Shown in pieces: positions 19,812 through 29,922 of a DNA stretch of 64,000 nucleotides. A program made the translations under genes and the position numbers. The first letter of the stretch is position 1; each line of letters starts with the position of its first letter. A model generated the notes under the pieces. That model had not been told where the DNA came from. It searched no databases and worked only from the letters and a program-made list of their open reading frames with translations. Source of the stretch: Spirochaetaceae bacterium (GTDB taxonomy: Bacteria; Spirochaetota; Spirochaetia; DSM-2461); NCBI GenBank assembly GCA_965224705.1, contig OZ245056.1, forward strand, positions 1,312,001-1,376,000. The letters run 5' to 3'.

Positions 19812-20936
19812 ATGAAGCATAATGTGTTTCGAATACTGTATAATGGCAGTGATAAAGAAGCATTCTCCCATCTGAGCGATGGATTACCTGATACGATGGA
19901 ACTCATCTTCACTCCGAGGGATAATAATTTCGATGATTTGCTGAGAACATATTCCCCACAGGTGATCGTACTGCCTTTTGAGAATTCCTACCCAGAACCG
20001 GACGATTTGATGTACCTGAGGATGATGATAAATAAATCCAATACCTACAGTGTTATTGTAATCGCCCGCCAGTTAACTGTATCACAGGCGGTTTGTCTGA
20101 TGAAAGTTGGGGCCTATGATTGTTTGTTGGGGGATGTCTCAGGCACAGTATTGGAAATGATCATTTCTCGTCTGATGCATGAGACTTGCCCAGCAAATTT
20201 CTCGGAAGACCTGATTCTTGGAGATAGTCAGGAGATGAGAAATCTTCGCAAAAAAATATGCCAATATGCCAGGTTCAACTACCCATGCCTGATAAAGGGA
20301 GAAACAGGCAGCGGCAAAGAACTGGTCGCAAAAACTCTCCATTCTCACAGTAACCATAAAGATGGTCCATTTGTACCTGTCGATTGTTCGACATACCCTG
20401 ATGATCTGCTTGGGGCGGAGTTGTTCGGATCTCGCAAAGGTGCATTCACTGGTTCAATTGACAGAAAGGGACTATTTGAAAGTGCTGAAGGCGGAACGAT
20501 CTTTCTTGATGAGATAGGGGAATTAAGCCTGCAGGGACAGGTAAAACTCCTCCGGGTTCTTGAGGAAAAAACAATTCGCCGCATTGGCTCCAGTGTACTT
20601 CGGTCGATAAATGTCAGAATAATAGCAGCGACAAATCAAGACCTTAAACAGCTTATCACAGAGGGGCGATTTCGTTCCGACCTGTTATTTCGTCTCAACA
20701 TCCTGAATCTGACGGTTCCTCCCCTTAGACAGCATCGCGAAGACATACCACTTCTCACCCGGCATTTCCTGAGTAAAATTCCCTCTGCCACCAGAAGAAT
20801 CGACTGTTCAGCAATACAGAATCTGGTGAACTATGATTGGCCGGGCAATGTGAGAGAACTTCAAGCTGTTATAATCAGATCTTTCGTCGGTACCAATTCC
20901 ATGACTATCGGAGCTGCGAATATAGTTTTTGACTAG
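19812..20936 (+). CDS. Sigma54-interacting AAA+ activator with degenerate receiver domain and no C-terminal HTH
   Basis: GETGSGKE, ELFGSRKGAFTGS, FLDEIGE, FRSDLLFRL and YDWPGNVREL motifs. Confidence 0.9.
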   Translation: MKHNVFRILYNGSDKEAFSHLSDGLPDTMELIFTPRDNNFDDLLRTYSPQVIVLPFENSYPEPDDLMYLRMMINKSNTYSVIVIARQLTVSQAVCLMKVGAYDCLLGDVSGTVLEMIISRLMHETCPANFSEDLILGDSQEMRNLRKKICQYARFNYPCLIKGETGSGKELVAKTLHSHSNHKDGPFVPVDCSTYPDDLLGAELFGSRKGAFTGSIDRKGLFESAEGGTIFLDEIGELSLQGQVKLLRVLEEKTIRRIGSSVLRSINVRIIAATNQDLKQLITEGRFRSDLLFRLNILNLTVPPLRQHREDIPLLTRHFLSKIPSATRRIDCSAIQNLVNYDWPGNVRELQAVIIRSFVGTNSMTIGAANIVFD

Positions 20937-21098
20937 GAGTCTGTCGGACTTACGCCTCACGGCTCGATTTTTGCCCTTTTTCCCTGCTGCTGCGTTGCCA
21001 AAATACTCACGTAGCCCAGCTACGCTCCGTTTTTGTCGCCTTGCATCAGGAAAAAATCATCAAAAATCGCCTCGAAGCCTTAAAGTCCGACAGACTCC
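20936..21098 (-). mobile_element. Family A MITE, 163 bp, core type 1
   Basis: Terminal repeats; TA/TA flanks. Confidence 0.92.
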
Positions 21099-21100
21099 TA

Positions 21101-21291
21101 GGAGCCTGTCGGACTTACGCCTCACGGCTCGATTCTTGCCCTTCTCTCCAGAAGCAGGCCTCCTGCTTGCTTCTTCCGAGCCGCCTTCGTTCGTTTTCGC
21201 CGCCATCCGTGGCGGCTTTTCCTCGCCATCGCTCGGCACTCTCTCAGGATCATCAAAAATCGCCTTGAAGCCTTAAATTCCGACAGACTCC
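21101..21291 (-). mobile_element. Family A MITE, 191 bp, core type 2, tandem with the previous copy
   Basis: Same ends and subterminal arms; different core containing the GCCGCCATCCGTGGCGGC hairpin. Confidence 0.88.
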
Positions 21292-21395
21292 TGTTGGAGC
21301 AGAAGACAGGATCGTGAACATCCAGGAACCGTTTCATCACTGAAGCAGTGCCTGTTCTTGATAACATACAACCCTCCATAGTACAGTAGGAACTC

Positions 21396-24300
21396 ATGTA
21401 TAACAAAGTTGACCCTCAAAACGACTTTCCTCGAATGGAGGAAAAAATCCTTCAATACTGGAAGGAAAACCAGATTTTTGAAAAATCCATTGCGAATCGT
21501 TCGTCTCAGGATGAATTTGTGTTCTATGACGGCCCTCCGTTTGCAACAGGGCTGCCGCATTTCGGTCACTTTGTACCCGGTGCTATAAAAGACATCATCC
21601 CCCGTTACGCTACGATGAAGGGCAAAAGAGTTGAACGCCGATTTGGATGGGATTGCCATGGATTGCCGGTTGAATATGAGGTGGAAAAAGAAATCGGGAT
21701 TTCCGGCAAAGCCGCAATTGAAAAATATGGTGTGGCAGAATTCAATGAAATCTGCCAATCCATTGTTCTGCGTTATACCAGTGAATGGCAGAGAATAATG
21801 ACCCGTTCCGGACGCTGGGTCGATTTTGATAACGATTACAAAACCATGGAGCCAGACTACATGGAGTCGATCTGGTGGGTGGTGAAATCTCTTTGGGATA
21901 AGAAACTCATTTACCAGGGACATTACATCCTGCCCAACTGTCCCCGCTGCTCAACACCACTGTCCAATCATGAGCTCAATCTGGGCGGTTATAAAGAAGT
22001 TCACGATCCAGCCATTACTGTCCGATTCCAGACAAGAGAAGACAGGAACACCTGGTTTCTGGCCTGGACTACAACCCCCTGGACCCTCATCAGTAATCTG
22101 GGACTGTGTCTTGGTTCTGACATCGACTATATCAAGGTTGAGAAACTTTCCAGTGCTGAATTCTACATTCTTGCTGAAGCCCGCATTGAAGACTATTTCG
22201 AATCGGAAGACGAGTACAGGATTATCTGGCAGAAAAAAGGTTATGAGCTTGACAACATTGGCTACGAGCCCCTCTTCCCCTACTTTGCAGAATTACAGAA
22301 CGAAGGAGCATTTAAAACCTTTACAGGTAATCATGTATCAACAGACGATGGTACAGGTATCGTCCATACAGCTCCTGGATTTGGCGAAGATGATTATGAA
22401 GTTATGAAGGAGACGGGGCTTCCCATGGTTTGCCCGGTGAATGATGAGGGACTGTATACTGACGAAGTCAGTGACTATGCGGGCCGATTTGTGAAGGACT
22501 GTGACAGGGATATCATTAAAAGGCTGAAAGATTGTGGTGCCCTTGTTAAACGGGATCAGATTCTCCATGCCTACCCTCATTGCTGGCGCTGTGAGAGTCC
22601 TCTCATTTATAAAGCAGTCAGTTCATGGTTTGTGAATATTCAGAGGATCAAGGCAGCCATGCTGGAGTCCAATGATAAGGTGGACTGGATACCAGGTCAC
22701 TTAAAAAAAGGACGATTCGGTAAGTGGCTGGAAAATGCCCGGGATTGGGCCATCAGCAGGAACCGTTATTGGGGAAATCCCATCCCAATCTGGATATGCA
22801 GTACCTGCGGTGAGCAGGAATGCATTGGCAGTCTGGACGAGTTATACAGGAAGATCAGCCAGGAGGCCAGAAAGAAACATGAAGCTGAGGGCGGCGATCT
22901 CCACAAACACCATATTGATGAACTCTCATGGCCCTGTTCCTGTGGGGGGATGATGATACGGATCCCGGAAGTACTGGACTGCTGGTTTGAATCCGGGGCC
23001 ATGCCCTACGCCCAGGTTCATTATCCCTTTGAGAACAAGCAGTGGTTTGAGGAGCATTTTCCGGCAGACTTCATTTCGGAAGGTCTGGATCAAACCAGGG
23101 GCTGGTTCTACACTCTCACTATCCTGGCTGCGGCATTATTTGGATCTCCGGCATTCCAGCATGTTGTTGTAAATGGTCTAGTGCTGGCAGAAGACGGCAG
23201 GAAAATGTCCAAGAAACTGAGGAATTATACAGACCCGGGAGTTATCATTGACATGTTTGGGGCTGATGCTCTCAGGCTTTTCTTAATGAATTCAGCAGCA
23301 GTGAAGGCGGAAAGCCTCCGTTATTCAGATAACGGTGTCCGTGATGTACTCAAGGGTGTTCTTATCCCTCTATGGAATGCCTATAGTTTCTATGTAACCT
23401 ATGCGAACATTGATAATGTCCGGCCAGAGGGCCTGTCCGATGACGCACAGAATCCCCTGGATCAATGGATCCTTTCGGAGACAGCCTCCCTGGTGGAGAC
23501 TGTTGGCCGAATGCTGGATGCCTATGACATACAGAAAGCCATTGAACCCATTCTTGTCTATATAGATGCTCTCAACAACTGGTACATTCGCCGATCACGC
23601 CGACGTTTCTGGAAAAGCACTCATGATGGCGACAAATTGGATGCCTATTCCACATTATGGACAGCTCTCATCACCCTGACCAAAGTCATCGCCCCTTTTA
23701 CGCCCTTCATTGCCGATGAGATTTACCTGAATCTGAAAAACAGGAACGACCCGGAATCTGTCCACCTGTGTGACTGGCCGGATGCTGGGAATTTTTCCAG
23801 GAATGAGATTCTGGAACAGAAGATGGAAGTAACCCGCCGTACCATAGGTTTGGGCCGATCACTTCGCAACACCCATGATCTGAAAATCCGTCAGCCGCTG
23901 AAGAGCCTGTTTATTGTCACACGGGATTCAACAGAAAAGACAATACTTCTTGAAATGGCTGACCTTCTCAAAGAGGAACTCAATATTAAAAATGTTTTAT
24001 TCCGGGAAAATGAAGAAGATCTGGTGGAATACATGGCAAAGGCTAATTTCAAGGTACTCGGTAGAATACTCGGTAAAGACATGAAGGCCGCTGCCGCCCG
24101 CATTGCAAAGCTCACCCCTGGAGAAATACGCAGCCTGATTGATGGGGCAGAGCTGTCCATTGATTTTGATGGTTCTGAAAACTCTGTTCTGGAACTCACC
24201 TCCGAATCAATCGAAGTAAGACGCAATGAAAAATCCGGTCTCAAGGTTGTCAATGAAGGTTCTCTTACCCTCGCCCTGGACCCGGAAATTACTCCGGAAC

Positions 24301-24560
24301 TTCTCTCCGAAGGCCTGGCACGAGATCTGGTACGGGGCATACAAAATCTACGAAAGGAAAATGGTTTTCAGGTAGCCGACCACATTACTCTTGAACTGAG
24401 CGGTACAGATGAGATACATGATGCCTGTCAAACCTTCAGGGATTACATAGCCGGAGAAGTTCTGGCTGATAATCTGATTCTGTCTGAGTCTCCTCTCAAA
24501 GACAGCCAGGAACTCACTGTGGGAGAGTTTCCCGTTTTTGTTAACCTGAATCGTGTATGA
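21396..24560 (+). CDS. ileS: Isoleucyl-tRNA synthetase (type 2)
   Basis: DGPPFATGLPHFGH, GWDCHGLP, DWAISRNRYWG and KMSKK motifs; long type-2 C-terminus. Confidence 0.97.
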   Translation: MYNKVDPQNDFPRMEEKILQYWKENQIFEKSIANRSSQDEFVFYDGPPFATGLPHFGHFVPGAIKDIIPRYATMKGKRVERRFGWDCHGLPVEYEVEKEIGISGKAAIEKYGVAEFNEICQSIVLRYTSEWQRIMTRSGRWVDFDNDYKTMEPDYMESIWWVVKSLWDKKLIYQGHYILPNCPRCSTPLSNHELNLGGYKEVHDPAITVRFQTREDRNTWFLAWTTTPWTLISNLGLCLGSDIDYIKVEKLSSAEFYILAEARIEDYFESEDEYRIIWQKKGYELDNIGYEPLFPYFAELQNEGAFKTFTGNHVSTDDGTGIVHTAPGFGEDDYEVMKETGLPMVCPVNDEGLYTDEVSDYAGRFVKDCDRDIIKRLKDCGALVKRDQILHAYPHCWRCESPLIYKAVSSWFVNIQRIKAAMLESNDKVDWIPGHLKKGRFGKWLENARDWAISRNRYWGNPIPIWICSTCGEQECIGSLDELYRKISQEARKKHEAEGGDLHKHHIDELSWPCSCGGMMIRIPEVLDCWFESGAMPYAQVHYPFENKQWFEEHFPADFISEGLDQTRGWFYTLTILAAALFGSPAFQHVVVNGLVLAEDGRKMSKKLRNYTDPGVIIDMFGADALRLFLMNSAAVKAESLRYSDNGVRDVLKGVLIPLWNAYSFYVTYANIDNVRPEGLSDDAQNPLDQWILSETASLVETVGRMLDAYDIQKAIEPILVYIDALNNWYIRRSRRRFWKSTHDGDKLDAYSTLWTALITLTKVIAPFTPFIADEIYLNLKNRNDPESVHLCDWPDAGNFSRNEILEQKMEVTRRTIGLGRSLRNTHDLKIRQPLKSLFIVTRDSTEKTILLEMADLLKEELNIKNVLFRENEEDLVEYMAKANFKVLGRILGKDMKAAAARIAKLTPGEIRSLIDGAELSIDFDGSENSVLELTSESIEVRRNEKSGLKVVNEGSLTLALDPEITPELLSEGLARDLVRGIQNLRKENGFQVADHITLELSGTDEIHDACQTFRDYIAGEVLADNLILSESPLKDSQELTVGEFPVFVNLNRV

Positions 24561-25414
24561 AACCAGAGCAACTGACCATTGTATTAATCCTCTTCATTTC
24601 CTGCCGAACAATGCCGGTAGCCCCCTATCCGGATGTTGTCCATTGGATTCCTGTAGAATCGGACATGCTTGTTCATCTTGTTGTAAGCGGAAATGAAGAC
24701 CTTACGGAAATTCTTGTGAGTCTCACTGGACTTCAACCGGAAACAGTAAACCCCATACTGGAACGGACTGCTGTGTTTACAGCCGGATTGGAGATGAATG
24801 ACGAGCAGTTTGACTTCTCTACAATTCCAATTCATGTCGCGGCCGTGGGGATGTGGCCCCGAGGTGTCCTTGGCAGTGTGTTGGGAAAGGACTGGACACG
24901 AAGGAAAAGGAATGAATTCGTGTGGGATGGCCCTGACGGCCTTGGCATTGCAGCCCCGACCCATGAGTTAATTCTCCTTTCCCGCGGTCGACTGGATTCC
25001 CTTGCCGCTCAGCAACCCCAACCTCCATTGATGAGTGCTCAACGTAGTGAGTTGTTTACTGATGCTGATTTTTCTCTGTTAGTCAGCAATCCTGATCTGG
25101 CCTCCAGGATCATACCCCAGGTGGCAGGAAAGATTGACAGTTTTCTTTTGACCATCAACAAGGATGTCAATCAGGACTATTTAGTTTATTTCCAATTGAC
25201 AGCGGCCCGGGAAGAGCTGGCCCCTTCTCTTGCCCTGGCGCTGCGTATCGCTCTGTCTGCACGCCTTGGAAAATCATCCATTGCTGGGGAGAAAGAACTC
25301 CTTGGATCGTTGGAACTTGAGGTAAGCGATGAGAGGATCCATTTAAGATTCCCACCGGTGGATTTCACCCTGCTTCGCTCACTCAGCGCTGGATTAAATC
25401 CTTTCGAAAGGTGA
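24557..25414 (+). CDS. Hypothetical lipoprotein
   Basis: Lipobox FISC; overlaps the ileS stop (ATGA). Confidence 0.7.
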   Translation: MKPEQLTIVLILFISCRTMPVAPYPDVVHWIPVESDMLVHLVVSGNEDLTEILVSLTGLQPETVNPILERTAVFTAGLEMNDEQFDFSTIPIHVAAVGMWPRGVLGSVLGKDWTRRKRNEFVWDGPDGLGIAAPTHELILLSRGRLDSLAAQQPQPPLMSAQRSELFTDADFSLLVSNPDLASRIIPQVAGKIDSFLLTINKDVNQDYLVYFQLTAAREELAPSLALALRIALSARLGKSSIAGEKELLGSLELEVSDERIHLRFPPVDFTLLRSLSAGLNPFER

Positions 25415-25418
25415 AATA

Positions 25419-26033
25419 ATGCTGGCCGTCATTGATTACAATGCAGGAAATCTTACCAGTGTCGTAACAGCTCTTCGTCATATCGGAGTTCAGTATGTGG
25501 TCACCTCAAATCCTGGAACTGTTCAAGCAGCCGATAAGGTAATCTTCCCGGGTGTGGGAGAAGCCCAACAGGCTATGACAGAACTCCGTTTCAGGGGTCT
25601 TGATGAGACTCTCAAGGCTTATGCTGAAAGCAATAAGCCTTTACTGGGCATTTGTTTAGGAGCTCAAATCCTTCAAGAGTTCTCTGTTGAGAGTAATACT
25701 GATCTTCTGGGCCTGATCCCCGGCAGTGTGAAACTATTCCCGGGGGGGAAGGGGTGGAAAGTTCCTCAAATCGGGTGGAACACAATCATTCATGATAACT
25801 CTGCTCTATTCAAAGGCATTCGTCAGGAGAGCTCATTTTATTTTGTACACTCATATTACCTTTCACCGCATCTATCGACCGGTGAACCCTCGCCCTGGGT
25901 GTGTGCCACATCGAATTATGGAATTGAATTTGCGGCAGCCCTGCATCGGGGCAATATCTGGGGAACTCAATTCCATCCGGAAAAAAGTGGCCCCAACGGT
26001 CTGGCCGTATTGAAGAATTTCATTGACTGGTAG
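25419..26033 (+). CDS. hisH: Imidazole glycerol phosphate synthase, glutaminase subunit
   Basis: IDYNAGNL, PGVG, GICLG, YFVHSY and QFHPEKS motifs. Confidence 0.97.
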   Translation: MLAVIDYNAGNLTSVVTALRHIGVQYVVTSNPGTVQAADKVIFPGVGEAQQAMTELRFRGLDETLKAYAESNKPLLGICLGAQILQEFSVESNTDLLGLIPGSVKLFPGGKGWKVPQIGWNTIIHDNSALFKGIRQESSFYFVHSYYLSPHLSTGEPSPWVCATSNYGIEFAAALHRGNIWGTQFHPEKSGPNGLAVLKNFIDW

Positions 26034-26039
26034 GAAAAC

Positions 26040-26807
26040 ATGTTTCAGAAAAGAATTGTTATCTGTCTTGATGTACGAAATGGAAAAACAACAAAGGGTA
26101 TACGCTTCAAGAACAATGTCGATATTGGCGATCCGGTGGAAATGGCCTTCAATTACTATCGCCAGGGTGTTGATGAATTGGTGTTCTACGATATTACAGC
26201 ATCGGCTGAAGGCCGTGGGATTATGATCGACGTCGTGAAGGCTGTAGCAGAAACAATTTTCATCCCTTTTTGTGTTGGCGGAGGTATACGCAGCCTTGAC
26301 GATATGAGGGAAGTTATAATGGCCGGTGCGGAGAAGGTCAGCATCAATTCAGCGGCTGTTCGCAAACCTGATATAATTACCGATGGTGCGAAACACTATG
26401 GCTCCCAGTGCATCGTACTTGGTATGGACGTTGAAGCCGATACGGCCATGCCTTCGGGTTACGGAGTTGTTATCGATGGGGGTCGAGTGAGGACTGGACG
26501 GGATATGCTGGAATGGGCCCGGGAGGCCGAGGACAGAGGAGCCGGAGAGATAGTTCTCAACTCGATTGATGCCGATGGAACCCGGGATGGGTATGAGATC
26601 ACGGCTACTCGTCTGGTGAGTGAACATGTGGGCTTACCCGTGGTTGCCTCTGGCGGCGGCGGGGTTCCCAGTCACTTGATTCAGGTTCTCACCGAGGGTA
26701 AGGCGGATGCAGCATTGGTAGCGAGTATGGTTCACTATGGTGATTTTTCTGTACAGGACATCAAAGAGGAGCTGAATGCGGCGGGAATATCTGTCCGGAT
26801 TAATTGA
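26040..26807 (+). CDS. hisF: Imidazole glycerol phosphate synthase, cyclase subunit
   Basis: [20 protein letters not shown] and [11 protein letters not shown] motifs. Confidence 0.97.
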   Translation: MFQKRIVICLDVRNGKTTKGIRFKNNVDIGDPVEMAFNYYRQGVDELVFYDITASAEGRGIMIDVVKAVAETIFIPFCVGGGIRSLDDMREVIMAGAEKVSINSAAVRKPDIITDGAKHYGSQCIVLGMDVEADTAMPSGYGVVIDGGRVRTGRDMLEWAREAEDRGAGEIVLNSIDADGTRDGYEITATRLVSEHVGLPVVASGGGGVPSHLIQVLTEGKADAALVASMVHYGDFSVQDIKEELNAAGISVRIN

Positions 26808-26860
26808 TCATCGGTGAGTTCCAGATCCCGGTAGAACCTGCTGCATTGCTACCCTTACGT

Positions 26861-26878
26861 AGTGTCAGGAAGCTTGTA
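26861..26878. mobile_element. Isolated family B terminus
   Basis: AGTGTCAGGAAGCTTGTA, 22 bp before a family A copy. Confidence 0.55.
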
Positions 26879-26900
26879 GAAGTCTGCTTGCATTGTACTA

Positions 26901-27063
26901 GGAGTCTGTCGGACTTTAAGACTTCGAGGCGATTTTTGATGATTTTTTCCTGATGCAAGGCGACGAAAACGGAGCGTAGCTGGGCTACGTGAGCATTTTG
27001 ACAACGCGGTAGCGGGAAAAAAGGGCAGAAATCGAGCCGTGAGGCGTAAGTCCGACAGACTCC
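26901..27063 (+). mobile_element. Family A MITE, 163 bp, core type 1
   Basis: Terminal repeats; TA duplication in a CTAG context. Confidence 0.92.
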
Positions 27064-27258
27064 TAGGGTAAGGTGAAGTTTTCTGCTTGATATAGTTGCT
27101 CTTATACTGTTTTTGGTTATGATTTAGTGAAAAACCATTTTGATCGTTGAAAATTCACGCCGATCGAACACCATCGTAATTATTTTACCCAGAATATATT
27201 ATTCTTGTAGAGGCTGCCTTCGTTTCATCTCTACAGGCTTCCGGACACTCCGTTATTC

Positions 27259-27558
27259 CTAAATATTTCCACGGCGTGGAATGTTTGTGTTCCTGTTCTG
27301 ACTGATGGTTGCCTTCCCCTGCGGATAGGGCTTCCCCCGGTTTCTTTGAGTCTCATTCGTTCTGACCGTATTATCAGAACCGGGTTCCTCTGATACTGGC
27401 TCGGCTTCTCTCTCCCTGGCGGCTTCCGCCAATTCGTTGTGTTTTTCCTTCTCATCACCATCCAGATGACATTTCTTGTATTTCTTCCCCGACCCACAGG
27501 GGCATGGATCGTTTCGTCCTGTCGTTTTCAAGCGCTCATTGTATGCTGGAATATCCAT
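27259..27558 (-). CDS. Stand-alone SEC-C motif protein
   Basis: [18 protein letters not shown] motif; promoter spacing favours the ATG at 27558. Confidence 0.8.
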   Translation of the reverse strand: MDIPAYNERLKTTGRNDPCPCGSGKKYKKCHLDGDEKEKHNELAEAAREREAEPVSEEPGSDNTVRTNETQRNRGKPYPQGKATISQNRNTNIPRRGNI

Positions 27559-27714
27559 GTGTTCAGTATACATACTGGCGAAAGTAATGTGAATACAATA
27601 GAACTCATTTCGATCTGACTGTGAGGACTGATATCGACAGCCTATATGATGACGTTGTACGGATGGCTGCTTGAATTCTGCCCTTTTGCACTGCCGACAT
27701 CAGGGTTGTCCTCA

Positions 27715-27889
27715 GGAGTCTGTCGAACTTTGAGGTTTCTGGAGTGTCAGTAAGCTTGTTGAGTTTTCGCTTTTTCAAGTAATTGCAAGGTGCTAAGTCA
27801 TCAAAACAGTCGTATTAAAGGAATGTTTTTCAATTTAACAAGCTTGCTGACACTCTGTAAGGCTTTGAGGCGTAAGTCCGACAGGCTCC
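27715..27889 (+). mobile_element. Family A shell with a family B-type mini element nested inside (27743-27854)
   Basis: Outer GGAGTCTGTCGAACTT / AAGTCCGACAGGCTCC; inner AGTGTCAGTAAGCTTGTT / AACAAGCTTGCTGACACT. Confidence 0.8.
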
Positions 27890-27949
27890 TGGATCCCGGA
27901 TTACCCTCTGACTGTAAACTGGCCGGGGATTGTTATCTCCTTCGAGAAA

Positions 27950-28732
27950 TCAGCCGAAGATGTCGGAGCGCAGGAAGCCGTAGTCATCAAAGCCCCTGCG
28001 CAGGCTGAAGAGTACCGACAGGAGTGTTGATATTTCCGCCGCAGCCGTGATTGCAAGGATGATGACAATCTGGTACTTGATAGCGATGCCCGGAGGTGAT
28101 CCGCCCATAATCTGCCCGGTCATCATCCCGGGCAGAAAGACGAGGCCGATAGTCGCCGTGTTCGCAAGCATGGGCTCGAAACCGGCCCGGTAGGCCGTTC
28201 GCAGATAGGGTGCCACTGCTTCGCTCACCGTGGCACCCATGGTTACGAGTGCGGCATGTCTCTCCCTGTCTCTTAAAATGGAGCCGTAGAAACGTTCCAG
28301 GGTAATGATGGTTCGATTCATGCTGTTGCCGAGTAACATGCCGGCGAGTGGTATGAGGTAGCGGGCATCGTAAAACGGGTCGGAGGTAAAGACGAGCAGG
28401 GTGAAGTATGCAAGTACCAGTCCTATTCCGAGCATAAGAGCTGGAAGCGTGAAGCGAAACATGGCAAACCGCAGGCCGGAACCATGAAGCAGGGATACGT
28501 TGGCCACGATCAGCATGATGAACACGTAGCCCAGGTTCACTGCGGGGTGGTTCCAGGCGAAAATAAAGGTCAGGTATAACCCGATGAGCCAGAGCTGAAC
28601 AGCCATTCGTCCAAAACCCACCGCCAGTGCTGCATGACGGTGGACTCGAAGCAGGGAGAGGATGCCGAAGGACAGCAGCAGGGGAACGAACGCAAAAATC
28701 ATTCCCCATGTTGTAATATCACGGCTGCCCAT
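27950..28732 (-). CDS. ABC transporter permease, UPF0014 (FetB/YbbM-like)
   Basis: RMAVQL, YLIPLAGMLLGNSM, GLVFLPGMMTGQI and AIKYQI motifs. Confidence 0.88.
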   Translation of the reverse strand: MGSRDITTWGMIFAFVPLLLSFGILSLLRVHRHAALAVGFGRMAVQLWLIGLYLTFIFAWNHPAVNLGYVFIMLIVANVSLLHGSGLRFAMFRFTLPALMLGIGLVLAYFTLLVFTSDPFYDARYLIPLAGMLLGNSMNRTIITLERFYGSILRDRERHAALVTMGATVSEAVAPYLRTAYRAGFEPMLANTATIGLVFLPGMMTGQIMGGSPPGIAIKYQIVIILAITAAAEISTLLSVLFSLRRGFDDYGFLRSDIFG

Positions 28733-29375
28733 TCGGTTCTTCCTCACTGCATGCAGCTTTCAGTTCAATGCAGGGTGAGGCTACGGCGATCCAGTCTTCA
28801 TCATGGGTTACGGCGAGGACAGTGCTCTTTGCATCCGCAAAGATTGCGTCCTGGACAATGCGCTGGTTTTCCGAATCCAGGGCCGCTGTCACCTCGTCCA
28901 GCAGCAGCACATCGCGTTCGAGCAAAAGGGCCCGGGCGAGAGCAAGCCTCTGAGACTCTCCTCCCGACACCTCCCTTGCAAGGGTATCAAGGAGGGAGCG
29001 ATCAAGCCGGAAACGCTCCAGCATCTGTTCTACCTTGATCTCGCTCGGATACACATCCCTGTTGGCTCGTAAGCGAAAAGGAAGCAGCATGTAGTCGCGA
29101 ACGATTTCGTCCTCAAAGAATGACAGCGATTGAGGAACGTACGCAATTTTTCTTCGAATCATGCCAATTGTTTCTGGTGCGACTTTCTGTCCGTTTAGAA
29201 AGACGCGGCCATGGCTTGGACGGTGCATTCCTGTGAGCGTTCGCAATACGCTTGTTTTTCCCGAGCCTGACTCTCCGCACAATACCGCCTTTTCGCCAGG
29301 GGCTACGGAAAAACTTAAACTACGGACAAGCTCTTTGCCGTCAATATGGACGGACAGTTCTTCTACCTTAATCAT
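28719..29375 (-). CDS. ABC transporter ATP-binding protein (FetA/YbbL-like)
   Basis: GESGSGKT, VSGGESQR and LLLDEVTAALD motifs. Confidence 0.9.
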   Translation of the reverse strand: MIKVEELSVHIDGKELVRSLSFSVAPGEKAVLCGESGSGKTSVLRTLTGMHRPSHGRVFLNGQKVAPETIGMIRRKIAYVPQSLSFFEDEIVRDYMLLPFRLRANRDVYPSEIKVEQMLERFRLDRSLLDTLAREVSGGESQRLALARALLLERDVLLLDEVTAALDSENQRIVQDAIFADAKSTVLAVTHDEDWIAVASPCIELKAACSEEEPNGQP

Positions 29376-29552
29376 GGTTCAGCCTTAACAGTACGCAGAA
29401 TAGCAGACAAACAGCAGCATGAGATCTTGCGGGGACTAAAGGGTCCCGGGACGACAAATAATGTAAACCTTCCGGGATGAAATCAAGGTATTGTACTCAA
29501 ATTCCTTCATATGATCCCTGCTATGGTAACCGTAAACGATTATCGGAAACAA

Positions 29553-29840
29553 GGAGCCTGTCGGACTTACGCCTCACGGCTCGATTTTTGCCCTTCTCTC
29601 CAGAAGCAAGCCTCCTGCTTGCTTCTGGAGAGCCGCCTTCGTTCGTTTTCGCCGCCATCCGTGGCGGCTTTTCCTCGCTATCGCTCGGCACTCTCTCAGG
29701 ATGCGAGTCCATAGACTCGCATCCCCTGCTGCTGCGTTGCCAAAATACTCACGTAGCCCAGCTACGCTCCGTTTTTGTCGCCTTGCATCAGGAAAAAATC
29801 ATCAAAAAGCGCCTCAAAGTCTTAAAGTCCGACAGACTCC
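29553..29840 (-). mobile_element. Family A MITE, 288 bp, carrying core 2, an extra hairpin and core 1
   Basis: One pair of terminal repeats; AA/AA flanks; both cores joined by GATGCGAGTCCATAGACTCGCATC. Confidence 0.88.
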
Positions 29841-29922
29841 AAGGCTCCAGGCCAACCCTATATTTTCTTTCCTCCTCGTCCGGGAAAGGCAGGCCCCGGA
29901 TGATAACTGCTTCGGCAGGACC

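Noticed and set aside
20929..21276. ORFs such as 7545-7865, 20929-21276, 29477-29980 and 56703-56960
   Set aside because: They are translations of MITE sequence, not independent genes.
20936..21291. Adjacent repeats as a CRISPR array
   Set aside because: They are inverted termini of two MITEs; there is no repeat-spacer periodicity and no cas gene.
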